Positions 21,581 to 30,484 of a stretch of DNA of 64,000 bases are shown here, one piece after another. The notes beneath the pieces are model-generated. The model worked only from the letters and a program-made list of their open reading frames with translations. It had not been told where the DNA came from and did no database searches. Location of the stretch: positions 320,001 to 384,000 of the forward strand of contig CAVSZB010000008.1 of the NCBI GenBank assembly GCA_963732385.1. Direction: 5' to 3'. The stretch's first letter is position 1. Each line of letters begins with the position of its first letter. The position numbers and the translations under genes are program-made. The stretch is from an uncultured bacterium (GTDB taxonomy: Bacteria; Krumholzibacteriota; Krumholzibacteriia; LZORAL124-64-63).

Positions 21581-22765
21581 CTAGCCCACCACGAAGTGGT
21601 CCGTCTCCACCTCGCCTGCGGCGAAGCGTGAAAGCAGCAGCGTCTCGATGATGTCGTCGGGCCGGCCGGTGGTGATGTGTTTGGCCATGCGGCGGGCGGC
21701 GATGGGGGCGAGCATGAAGCCGTGCCCGCTGAAGCCGCAGATGTGGAAATAGCCGTCCAGACCCGGCACGCCGCCGAGGATCGGTCGGTGGTCGGGGGTC
21801 ATGTCGTACAGGCCGGCCCACTGTCGCATCAGTCGCAGCGGGCGCGCGGGCGGGAACAGCTCGGTCAGGGCGCGCGCGAAGCGGACGGCGAAGCGCAGCT
21901 GGCTGCGGGTGTCGAAACGGGAGGGATCGTTCCAGTGCGGCTCGTCGGGATCGCCGATGCCGCCCACCAGCTCGCCGCGCATGCTCTGGCTGAAGTAGAT
22001 GCCGTTGGTGATCGAGATGACCATCGGTCCGAGGCACGGCTTGACCGACTCGCTCACCATGATCTCGTGCCGTTCCTGCCAGTTGGGCAGGTCGATGCCG
22101 AGTGGCGCCGCGAGGTATTTCGTCCAGGCGCCGGCGGCCAGCACGACGAGAGGGGTGGCGATCGGGCCGCGATCGGTGACGACGCCCCGCACCTTTCCCT
22201 CGCTGGTCTCGATGCCGGTCACGCGCGTCTGGATGAAGATCTGCACCCCGCGCCGGGCAGCCGCCCGCGCGTAGCCCCAGACCACCGCGAACGGGTAGGC
22301 GGTGCCGTCCTTCGGGCAGAAGGTGGCGCCCCGGATCTTCGCGATGTCGAGCTGGGGGACGATGTCGCGGCACTCCTGCGGCTCCAGGAAGCGCGACGGC
22401 GCGCCGCAGCGATTCTGCAGGGCGACGGCCTTGCGGAGCGCCTCACGGTCCTCTTCCTTCTCGGTGATCATCAGATAGCCGCCCTGGCGGAAGAACGTCT
22501 GGTAGCCCAGTTCCGCCGAGAGTTGCTCGAAGATCGCGACGCTCTCCTGCGCCATGCGGACGTTGGCCTCGGTCGTCCATTGCTGGCGGATCCCGCCGCC
22601 GCACCGCCCCGTGGCGCCGCCGCCGAGGTAACCGCGTTCGAGCACGACGATCCGCTTCAGGCCGCGGCGCGCCAGTTCGTAGGCCATCGACAGGCCGTTG
22701 ACGCCGCCGCCCACCACGACGGCGTCGGCGGTGGCCGGCACAGCCTCGTTGCGCAGCGGGATCAT
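21581..22765 (-). CDS. FAD-dependent oxidoreductase, sarcosine oxidase beta / dye-linked proline dehydrogenase beta-like (DAO family)
   Basis: VVGGGVNG, GATGRCGGGIRQQ, RQWAGLYDMTPDHRPILG, GFSGHGFMLAP. Confidence 0.9.
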   Translation of the reverse strand: MIPLRNEAVPATADAVVVGGGVNGLSMAYELARRGLKRIVVLERGYLGGGATGRCGGGIRQQWTTEANVRMAQESVAIFEQLSAELGYQTFFRQGGYLMITEKEEDREALRKAVALQNRCGAPSRFLEPQECRDIVPQLDIAKIRGATFCPKDGTAYPFAVVWGYARAAARRGVQIFIQTRVTGIETSEGKVRGVVTDRGPIATPLVVLAAGAWTKYLAAPLGIDLPNWQERHEIMVSESVKPCLGPMVISITNGIYFSQSMRGELVGGIGDPDEPHWNDPSRFDTRSQLRFAVRFARALTELFPPARPLRLMRQWAGLYDMTPDHRPILGGVPGLDGYFHICGFSGHGFMLAPIAARRMAKHITTGRPDDIIETLLLSRFAAGEVETDHFVVG

Positions 22766-23106
22766 GGCTGTGCCTCCCCGCTGTCGCGCCCGTCGCGCCC
22801 GGCCAGCGGCGTCACCCGGCTGGTCAGCGGCGGCACCGGCAGGGCGGCCAGTTCGGCGAAGGTGAGCGGTTCGGCCGGCTGCCGCACGTTGGTGATGGTC
22901 ACCTCGGACGGCGGCACGCCGCGCAGACGGGCCAGCTCCACCGCCGACTCCGACAGGCATCCCTTGCCCTGGCAGAAGCCGGTGCCGACGCCGGTGAAGC
23001 GCTTGAGCGATTCGAATTCCGTGAAACCCTCCGCGAAGGCGGCGTGAAATTCCTCCATCGTGACGTCTTCGCAGCGGCACAGGAGGCACTTGTGCTGGCC
23101 GTTCAC
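22762..23106 (-). CDS. BFD-like [2Fe-2S]-binding protein
   Basis: LCRCEDVT...LKRFTGVGTGFCQGKGC...RQP; coupled by overlaps on both sides. Confidence 0.88.
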   Translation of the reverse strand: MNGQHKCLLCRCEDVTMEEFHAAFAEGFTEFESLKRFTGVGTGFCQGKGCLSESAVELARLRGVPPSEVTITNVRQPAEPLTFAELAALPVPPLTSRVTPLAGRDGRDSGEAQP

Positions 23107-24569
23107 GTGGACCTGACCTCCCCCGCGGCCCTCAGGACCGCGTCGAACCGGTCACCAGTCGCCTCGCCGGCCACGGTCAGCCGCAGGCCGCCGGGCAGGA
23201 GCGCCTCGGCCGTTTCGCCCTCGGTGCCGCGCAGGATGTAGCCACCCCGCGCAGTGCTCAGGACCAGGTCGGCGCCGAGCTGGTAGGGGATGTCGTAGGC
23301 CGGCTTGCCGCGTTCGCAGACGACCGCCAGCTCGCAGTCGATAGTCACGCGAGACTCCCCGCCGTCGGGGGCGTCGAGACGCACCGACTCGAGTGCGGCG
23401 CCGCCGCCGAAAGCGGCGCTCAGGCGCAGGCCGGTGTGCACCTTCCAGCCGAGCGAGACCGCGGTACTGACCTCCTCGGGCCAGCCGGTCTCGCCGAGCG
23501 CGATCGTGACCCGGGCGCCGCGGGCATGCAGCAGCGCTGCCGCCAGCCAGAGGTCGAGGCCGACGCCGGTCACCAGCACCTGCCGGCCGCGGACGGCCAG
23601 CCCGTCGCGGGTCACCGCGCGATAGAGTCCGCGGGGACCGAACAGGGAGGGCAGATCGTTGCCCGGGAAGAGGCCGATCACGTCGAGACCGCCGGCGGCC
23701 CAGACCAGCTGTCGCGCGCGCAGGAGCGACAGACCACGGTTGCCGCGGATCACCAACGTGTCGGGATGGTAACCGCACACGGCGTGGGCGCCCAACGCCA
23801 GATCCAGCCCGGGCCGCGGCGTGAGCGCATGGACGGACTGTTCGAGGCTGGCGTGCGCGCGGGCCAGGGCCGGCAGCGTGGCCAGCCGGTCGCCCAGCGC
23901 TTCGGCCACGGCCGCGAAGGCGGCCCGCCGCTGGCCGCCCGGTGCGACATGGTCATCCACCAGCAGGATCCGGCCGCGCGCCGCCGCGGCGGCCAGCAGT
24001 CCCGCGGTCCCCGCGCCGACGATCACGGTGTCAAACACGCCCAGGTCGCGACCGGCCTCGCCGGCCACCGTCGCGATCGTTCCGACCGCGGCGGTGGACG
24101 ACTCCTCGGCCGGGAGCGGGGAGGCGCCGCCGGTCCAGGCGCCCGGTTCCGGAAGGCGGCCGACGCCGGTCAGCGGGCGCAGCATCTTCAGGAACAGCCG
24201 CGACACCAGCGCTGGCCGGGTGAACCATTTGTAGTAGAAGCCGACGGGGAAAAAATCGCTCCCCGCCGCCATCACGCGCTGCAAAGGCCGGCCGTAGAAG
24301 GCGCCCGCGTCCTGCCGCTCGACCCGCATGCCGTCACGCACCGGGGTCAGGCAGGCGCGTACGTTGGGTATGCCGTCAATGCGCATCAGGCAGCTCGTGC
24401 AGTGGCCCCGGGCGCAGTGCAGGCCGCGCGGCCGGCCGTATTTGGGGCTATGGGACAGGACCTTCACGCCCGTCTCCCACAGCGCCACGGCCACGGAGGT
24501 GTCGCCACGGCAACTCAGGGGGCGGCCCTCGAACCGGATCGTCACGACGCTCTTGCCCGCTCCGTCCAC
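23103..24569 (-). CDS. [2Fe-2S] + FAD/NAD(P)-binding oxidoreductase, sarcosine oxidase / proline dehydrogenase alpha-like
   Basis: RPRGLHCARGHCTSCLMRIDGIPNVRAC, PVGFYYK, IVGAGTAG, FPGNDLP; GTG 24569 with GGGAGG RBS. Confidence 0.85.
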   Translation of the reverse strand: MDGAGKSVVTIRFEGRPLSCRGDTSVAVALWETGVKVLSHSPKYGRPRGLHCARGHCTSCLMRIDGIPNVRACLTPVRDGMRVERQDAGAFYGRPLQRVMAAGSDFFPVGFYYKWFTRPALVSRLFLKMLRPLTGVGRLPEPGAWTGGASPLPAEESSTAAVGTIATVAGEAGRDLGVFDTVIVGAGTAGLLAAAAARGRILLVDDHVAPGGQRRAAFAAVAEALGDRLATLPALARAHASLEQSVHALTPRPGLDLALGAHAVCGYHPDTLVIRGNRGLSLLRARQLVWAAGGLDVIGLFPGNDLPSLFGPRGLYRAVTRDGLAVRGRQVLVTGVGLDLWLAAALLHARGARVTIALGETGWPEEVSTAVSLGWKVHTGLRLSAAFGGGAALESVRLDAPDGGESRVTIDCELAVVCERGKPAYDIPYQLGADLVLSTARGGYILRGTEGETAEALLPGGLRLTVAGEATGDRFDAVLRAAGEVRST

Positions 24570-24758
24570 GGTTCCCTCCCGGCTGGGGTGGCGGATCGCG
24601 GCAAACATAGGGTCCGGCCGCGGGGGCGGCAAGCGTGGCGGTCGGGCCGGCCGGCGCGGCGAATCGCCTTTTGTCCGCGCCGGCACGGGCTATATTGGAG
24701 TCTCCGGCGGAGCCGGCGGCGCGGTCGTGGGGGCGGTGCCTTTTCGCGAGGTGAGAAC

Positions 24759-26132
24759 ATGTCCCAGGAGAAGTTCGCGCAGGTCCGCCAGGACGCCACG
24801 GCCCGGAACGTGGAGTTCGTCGATCTGAAAGTTCTCGATCTGACGGGACGACTGCATCATCTGTCTCTCCCCTTCGAACGCTTCGGTCCCCACATCCTCA
24901 CGGAGGGGATCGGTTTCGACGGTTCGAGCTACGGTTTCCTGAAGGTCGAGAACAGCGACATGGTGCTCGTGCCGGATCTGGCCACCGCCGCGCTCGATCC
25001 GTTCCGCGAGCGCCCCACGCTGACCATGTTCGCCGAGGTGCGGCACGTCGACGCGCAGCGCACCCGCTTCGCGCAGGACGGACGCACGATCGTCGCCGCG
25101 GCCGAGCAGGCGCTGCGGGACCTCGGTCTGGCGGACCACTCGTACTGGGCGCCGGAATACGAGTTCTACGTTTTCGAGTCGGCCGACTACGCGTCCAATG
25201 TGCACGACTCGCACTTCACCATGCGCAGCCCGGAGCGCTTCTTCCAGAACGCCTATCACGCCTGCAATCCGCACGATGTCTACGACGACTTCCGCGACGA
25301 AGTCTGCCAGGTCATGCGGGAGTTCGGCATGCCGGTGCGCTACCACCACCACGAGGTGGGGGCGGCCGGGCAGCAGGAGATCGAGGGGTGGTTCGCCGAT
25401 CTTCCGACCACGGCCGACCACGCGGTGCTGGCGAAGTACATCCTGTTCAACCTGGCGCACCGGCGCGGCCTCAGGGTCACCTTCATGCCCAAGCCGCTCT
25501 ACGACAATGCCGGCTCGGGCTGGCACCTGCATCAGTTCCTCAAGCGGGGGGGGCGCAACATCTTCAACGCCCCCGACGGCTACGCCGGTCTTTCGCCGCT
25601 CGCCCTGCACTACGTCGGCGGCATTTTGCGCCACGCGCCCGCGCTCTGCGCCTTCACCAACCCGAGCACGAACTCCTACAAGCGTCTCGTGCCGGGTTTC
25701 GAGGCGCCGACCGTGCGCACCTTCGGCCGCTCCAACCGCGGCGCGGCGATCCGCATCCCGAGCTACGTGACCGATCCGGAATTCCGGCGCGTGGAGTACC
25801 GTCCGCCGGACTTCACCTGCAATCCGTACCTCTGCATGGCGTCGATCCTGATGGCCGGGATCGACGGCATCCTTAACGAGGTCGATCCCACGCGCGAAGG
25901 CTACCCGCCCGAGGACGCCCCGTCGCCGGACGCCAAGGACACGGCCGCCTTCCTGCCCCGCTCGCTCGACGACGCCCTCGACGCCCTGGAGAAGGACCAC
26001 CAGTTCCTGCTGCGCAACGACGTCTTCCCCGAAGCGCTCATCCGGCGTTGGCTGGAGATCAAACGGCAGGAGATCCAGGCCATCAACCGGCGTCCGCATC
26101 CGTACGAGTTCACGATGTACTTCGATCTGTAG
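24759..26132 (+). CDS. glnA: Glutamine synthetase type I
   Basis: FDGSS, APEYEFY, HHHEV, TFMPKP, GSGWHLH, NSYKRLVPGFEAP, NRGAAIRIP, RVEYRPPD, RPHPYEF. Confidence 0.96.
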   Translation: MSQEKFAQVRQDATARNVEFVDLKVLDLTGRLHHLSLPFERFGPHILTEGIGFDGSSYGFLKVENSDMVLVPDLATAALDPFRERPTLTMFAEVRHVDAQRTRFAQDGRTIVAAAEQALRDLGLADHSYWAPEYEFYVFESADYASNVHDSHFTMRSPERFFQNAYHACNPHDVYDDFRDEVCQVMREFGMPVRYHHHEVGAAGQQEIEGWFADLPTTADHAVLAKYILFNLAHRRGLRVTFMPKPLYDNAGSGWHLHQFLKRGGRNIFNAPDGYAGLSPLALHYVGGILRHAPALCAFTNPSTNSYKRLVPGFEAPTVRTFGRSNRGAAIRIPSYVTDPEFRRVEYRPPDFTCNPYLCMASILMAGIDGILNEVDPTREGYPPEDAPSPDAKDTAAFLPRSLDDALDALEKDHQFLLRNDVFPEALIRRWLEIKRQEIQAINRRPHPYEFTMYFDL

Positions 26133-26183
26133 CGTCGCGGGGGCGGCCGCGCGCTCGATGCGAAGCGGCTGAAATCGCCCTGG

Positions 26184-27872
26184 TTGCATCGTTATTCTCC
26201 TAATTATGATCCCGATGTGGTACGCTCGGCCGGTGCGGGCAGTGATGCTCGTGGTGTTTTCCGGTCATTCGCCTGGCGGCTGGCCGCCAACTGGAGTCCT
26301 GGCATGCGGACTGGCGTCGGCGCGTGCGGCTGGGGGCTGTTGTATCTCGCCGGCACCTGGACGACGCCGGTCGTTCGCGCCGCCGCACCCTCGCCTATGT
26401 GGCGCGAGGTGACCGACAGCGGGCTGCCGGCCAACGGCAAGACCTTCGGCGGTGTCTGGGCCGACTGCGACGGCGACGGCTCTCTCGATCTGATCCTCTC
26501 GCGCCACGGCGACTCTCCGGAAGTGTGGCTGGACCGCGGCCTGCGGTTCGTCGCGGTCGGAGCATCCGTGCCGGTGGTCTGGCCGTCGGGGCTGGGCGAC
26601 CAGCACGGCGCGGCCGCCTGCGACTTCGACGGTGACGGTCTCTGGGATATCTACGCGACCGTGGGGGCCGACCACGGTCGGGGACGCGGCAGCAACCGGC
26701 TCTGGCGCCAGGATCCGCCCGGCGTCCTGAGCGATGTCGTGGGACCTGACGACCTGCTCGCCGACCCCACCGGACGCGGCCGCGGGGCGCTCTGGCTGGA
26801 TCTCGACGGGGACGGTACCCCGGAACTGCTCGTGCTCAACTACGCGACCCCGCCGCGTCTCTTTCACCACCGCTACGGCGAGGCGTGGGACGACTGGAGC
26901 GACCGACTGGATCTGACGCGCCCCTATCCGGACGGCGGCGCCTCGCGCACCTTCGCGGCGTGGTTCGCCGTGGTGGCGGCCGGCGATCTCGACGGCGACG
27001 GCCGGACCGACCTGGTGCTCGCCGGGGAGGAGTTCGCGGTTTTCCGCGGGGACGGCGCGGGCGGGCTCGCCGACGTGACCGAGGCGTGCGGGTTCCGTCT
27101 CGTTCAGCCGCCGCTGGGGCACCTGGCGCTGGGCGACGTGGACAATGACGGGGATTTCGATCTGCTGCTCGCCTGCCGCGGCGGGCAGCTCCAGCTCTGG
27201 CTCAATCGCCCCGACTCTCTTGGGGCGCATTTCACCTTCGGCCCCGATCTCTCGGCGCTGCGTCCCGATGGCGAGTTGCGCGCTGTCGTGCTGAACGACT
27301 TCGACAACGACGGCATCCTCGATCTCTATGTGGCGCGGCAGGACGCCAGTCTCGGCAACCTGGCGGCACGGGGACTGGGAGACGGGCGCTTCGTTTCCGC
27401 GCCGGCCTGGGGCGGCGCCCCCCTTGGTGTCAGCGCTGCGCATGGCGTGTCGGCCGTCGATCTTGACCGCGACGGCGACCTGGACCTGGTGCTGTTCAAC
27501 GGCGATGGCGAACAGGTGCGTGCGGCGGGCGCCGTCCTGCTGTACGAGAACACCACCCTCGTCGGACGCGGGCTCATCCTCGATCTGGCCCCGCTGCGGG
27601 GGCCGCCGCACGCCCTCGGGGCCCGGGTGGCTCTGCACGGTCGCGGGGGCGTCCAGTTCCGCCAGGTGCAGTGTGTCACCAACCCCTTCAACGGGTCGAT
27701 CCTGCCGCTGCATTTCGGTGTCGGCGACGATCCCGGACCCTATGAGGTAATCGTCGACTGGCCGGACGGCCTCCGCCAGGAGGCCTGGCTGCCGGTGGCG
27801 GGACGGTCCTATCTTCTGCGGGAAACGCAGCCGGAGGCGCAGGCACTCGCTGCTCTGTGGCGCGAGCCGTGA
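26184..27872 (+). CDS. CRTAC1-family protein (FG-GAP/VCBS repeats + ASPIC/UnbV)
   Basis: Seven DxDxDGxxD-type repeats and C-terminal ALGARV...LHFGVG...VDWPDG. Start uncertain (ATG 26304 possible). Confidence 0.85.
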   Translation: MHRYSPNYDPDVVRSAGAGSDARGVFRSFAWRLAANWSPGMRTGVGACGWGLLYLAGTWTTPVVRAAAPSPMWREVTDSGLPANGKTFGGVWADCDGDGSLDLILSRHGDSPEVWLDRGLRFVAVGASVPVVWPSGLGDQHGAAACDFDGDGLWDIYATVGADHGRGRGSNRLWRQDPPGVLSDVVGPDDLLADPTGRGRGALWLDLDGDGTPELLVLNYATPPRLFHHRYGEAWDDWSDRLDLTRPYPDGGASRTFAAWFAVVAAGDLDGDGRTDLVLAGEEFAVFRGDGAGGLADVTEACGFRLVQPPLGHLALGDVDNDGDFDLLLACRGGQLQLWLNRPDSLGAHFTFGPDLSALRPDGELRAVVLNDFDNDGILDLYVARQDASLGNLAARGLGDGRFVSAPAWGGAPLGVSAAHGVSAVDLDRDGDLDLVLFNGDGEQVRAAGAVLLYENTTLVGRGLILDLAPLRGPPHALGARVALHGRGGVQFRQVQCVTNPFNGSILPLHFGVGDDPGPYEVIVDWPDGLRQEAWLPVAGRSYLLRETQPEAQALAALWREP

Positions 27873-28261
27873 GGCGTGAGTTCGCGGTGCGCACCGGCGA
27901 GCGGACCTGCTTCGTGGACGTCACCGCGCGGGTGCAGGCCGCGGTCGCGGAGCTCGGCCTCGTCGACGGGGCGGTGCTGGTCTTCGTGCCGCACACGACC
28001 GCCGCGGTCACGCTCAACGAGGGGGCCGACCCCGACGTCGTGCGCGACCTCGACATGGAACTCGGGAAGATCGTGCCGCTGGCCGACGGCTACCGGCACG
28101 CGGAGGGGAACTCCGCCGCGCATCTCAAGTCGTCGCTCGTGGGCTGCTCGGAGATCGTGCCGGTCGCGGGGGGCCGTCTCGCGCTCGGGACCTGGCAGGC
28201 GATCTGGTTCTGCGAATTCGACGGGCCCCGGCAGCGCCGGGTGCAGGTCGTGAAACTCTGA
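27869..28261 (+). CDS. yjbQ: YjbQ / UPF0047 family protein
   Basis: HTTAAVTLNEGADPDV, YRHAEGNSAAHLKSS, LGTWQAIWFCEFDGPR; GTGA overlap. Confidence 0.93.
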   Translation: MRREFAVRTGERTCFVDVTARVQAAVAELGLVDGAVLVFVPHTTAAVTLNEGADPDVVRDLDMELGKIVPLADGYRHAEGNSAAHLKSSLVGCSEIVPVAGGRLALGTWQAIWFCEFDGPRQRRVQVVKL

Positions 28262-28271
28262 GGTCCGCCGC

Positions 28272-29186
28272 CTAGAGCTTCTTGTGCCGCCAGATCAGCA
28301 GCAGCGCCACGCACGAGGCCACCGCCATCCCCAGGATGATCCAGAACGCCGCCGGGTTGGTCTGGAGCGGGAACCTGACGTTCATCGAGAAGATGCCGAA
28401 CACCAGGTTGGGCATCATGATCCCGATGGTGATGATGTTCAGCGTCTTCATCAGCACGTTCAGGTTGTTGTTCACGATCGAGGCGCGTGCGTCCATCAGG
28501 CCGGAGAGGACGTTCGAGTAGATCTCCGCCTGCTTGTAGCACTGGTTGTTGTCGATCAGGATGTCGTCGAGGATCTCTATCTCTTCCTGCGAGAAGCCGA
28601 TCTTGCCGGAGTTGTTCTTCAGCTTCTCGATCAGCGTGCCGTTGGCGTAGATGGCGTTCAGGTAGTACACGAGGCTTTTGCCCAGGGCGAACAGCTTCAG
28701 CAGGTACCGATTCTCCATGGCCCCCTTGACCTTGTCCTCGAGGTCGTCGGAGATCATGTTGATCGCCCGCAGGTGACCCAGGAAGTGGGCGATCGACTGG
28801 TAGACCACCCTCAGCGCGAAGTGGGTCACGGAACGGATCCGCGTGAACGGGCGTCCGTCGAACAGGTCGTCGCTCTCGGCCGTGACCAGCACCACCGAAT
28901 CCTTGAACAGGAAGATGCCGAGCGAGGAGACCTTCAACGGGAATTCCTCGTCGTCGGAATAGTTGCGCGGGCGCTTCAGGATGATCGCCGTGTGGCCCGG
29001 CTCGAACTCGAGCCGCGGCAGTTCGTCGGGATCCTGCGCGGAGCTGAGGGTGTGTTCGTCGATCTGCAGGTCGTCGAGCAGGTGGCGCGTTTCCGTCTCG
29101 TCCGGCCTGACGTAGTGCAGGATGGGGCACTCGGTACCCTCGCCCGTCACCACGCGGCCGTCCAGCAGATGGTAGCTCCTGAGCAT
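28272..29186 (-). CDS. corA: CorA-family divalent cation transporter
   Basis: DPDELPRLE, long helical stalk, INNNLN-type region (VNNNLNVLMKTL), two C-terminal TMs with FSMNV at the GMN position. Confidence 0.88.
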   Translation of the reverse strand: MLRSYHLLDGRVVTGEGTECPILHYVRPDETETRHLLDDLQIDEHTLSSAQDPDELPRLEFEPGHTAIILKRPRNYSDDEEFPLKVSSLGIFLFKDSVVLVTAESDDLFDGRPFTRIRSVTHFALRVVYQSIAHFLGHLRAINMISDDLEDKVKGAMENRYLLKLFALGKSLVYYLNAIYANGTLIEKLKNNSGKIGFSQEEIEILDDILIDNNQCYKQAEIYSNVLSGLMDARASIVNNNLNVLMKTLNIITIGIMMPNLVFGIFSMNVRFPLQTNPAAFWIILGMAVASCVALLLIWRHKKL

Positions 29187-29338
29187 GGCGCCCTCCCCGA
29201 CGGCACTCCTCCGGCTTATCCCGCGCTCCCTGGCGGCTTCCGGCTGCGGGGGGCAGGGCAGATTCCCCAACCGGGGCATCTAAGCCCATTTCCGCGCCGA
29301 AAGCAAGTGCGGATCGGGATTTGCGACCGCCCGCGGGC

Positions 29339-29782
29339 CTAGTCGTCCTGGTCGTCGGGACGTTCGCGTGTCCGCTTGTGGCCGGCTCGGGATCGCTTGG
29401 CCGCCAGCCGCCGCTCGTCCGCGGCGCGACCCGGGGCGGTAGGCACCCGGTCGCGTCGCCTCACGAGCGCCGCCCGCACGAGCGAGGCGAGTCGCGCCGT
29501 GACCAGAATCCGGTTGCGATGCTGACTGCGCTCGGTGGCGCAGTGCAGCACCAGTTCGCCCTCCTGGTTGATCCGCCGGCCGAGGCGCGCGGCCAGCAGC
29601 GTCTTCTGCTCCTCTGCGAGCGCCCGCGAATCACGCACGCTCCACCGCAGTTCGACCCGCGTATCGGTCGTGTTGACGTGCTGCCCTCCCGGTCCGCCGG
29701 CGCGGGAGGCGCGGTAGCGCAGCTCCTCGCCCGGGATCACGATCCCGTCGCCGATCGTCACATCGTCGCTGCCGGCGCTCAT
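29339..29782 (-). CDS. arfB: Alternative ribosome-rescue peptidyl-tRNA hydrolase ArfB
   Basis: RAGGPGGQHVNTT, ERSQHRN, basic C-terminal tail. Confidence 0.93.
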   Translation of the reverse strand: MSAGSDDVTIGDGIVIPGEELRYRASRAGGPGGQHVNTTDTRVELRWSVRDSRALAEEQKTLLAARLGRRINQEGELVLHCATERSQHRNRILVTARLASLVRAALVRRRDRVPTAPGRAADERRLAAKRSRAGHKRTRERPDDQDD

Positions 29783-29951
29783 GACGGTTCCTCCAGGTCG
29801 GGCGGGACGGAGCCGCGGTGGCCCGGAAGCCGTCCGGACCGCGGCATTCTAGGCGATAAGGGCGTCCGCCCCAAGCCCCAACCGGCTCAAGACGCAACCC
29901 GGAATGTCGATACTGTTCCTGATGCCGTCGCGGGACTCCGGAGGTGAGGAA

Positions 29952-30371
29952 ATGGCCGAAGTCGCGAATCTGCCGGCCTGGACAGACGACTGCAGGGTGT
30001 CGGTCCAGGAGATCGACGCCCAGCACCAGTCCCTGTTCGGCCTCGTGGCGAACCTCGCCCGAGCGGTCGGCGAGGGCAAGAGTGGCCGGATTCTGCTGCC
30101 GACCTTCGACCTGCTTGCTGCCTACAGCGTCGAGCACTTCCAGACCGAAGAGCAATACATGGAGCAGTTCTCCTATCCCGAATTCGCCGCGCACCGGGCG
30201 GAGCACGAGCGCTTCGCGCGCAAGGTCGGCTACTTCCGGCGCGGACTGGCCATCGGCAAGTCGTGCGTGGCCAACGAGGTGCTCGATTTCCTGGCCCACT
30301 GGCTGGTCCATCACATCCAGGACGTCGATCGACGCTACGTCGACTGCTTCAGGGCGCACGGTTTGAATTGA
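29952..30371 (+). CDS. Bacteriohemerythrin
   Basis: IDAQH, HFQTEE, HRAEH, WLVHHIQDVD di-iron ligands; GAGG RBS. Confidence 0.93.
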   Translation: MAEVANLPAWTDDCRVSVQEIDAQHQSLFGLVANLARAVGEGKSGRILLPTFDLLAAYSVEHFQTEEQYMEQFSYPEFAAHRAEHERFARKVGYFRRGLAIGKSCVANEVLDFLAHWLVHHIQDVDRRYVDCFRAHGLN

Positions 30372-30484
30372 GCCGGCCGGGCCGCACCGGTTGACGGAAC
30401 CCCCTTCCGCGATTAATCTTGCGCCCCTGTGCCCGCCCGCGCCGCCCGCGCGTTGCCGGGCCGTCTTCCTCCGCAACGAGGTTC

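Noticed and set aside
23436..24758. N-terminal extension of glnA in the 898-aa ORF
   Set aside because: Antisense to the oxidoreductase alpha gene; GS homology starts at ATG 24759 after a GAGG RBS.
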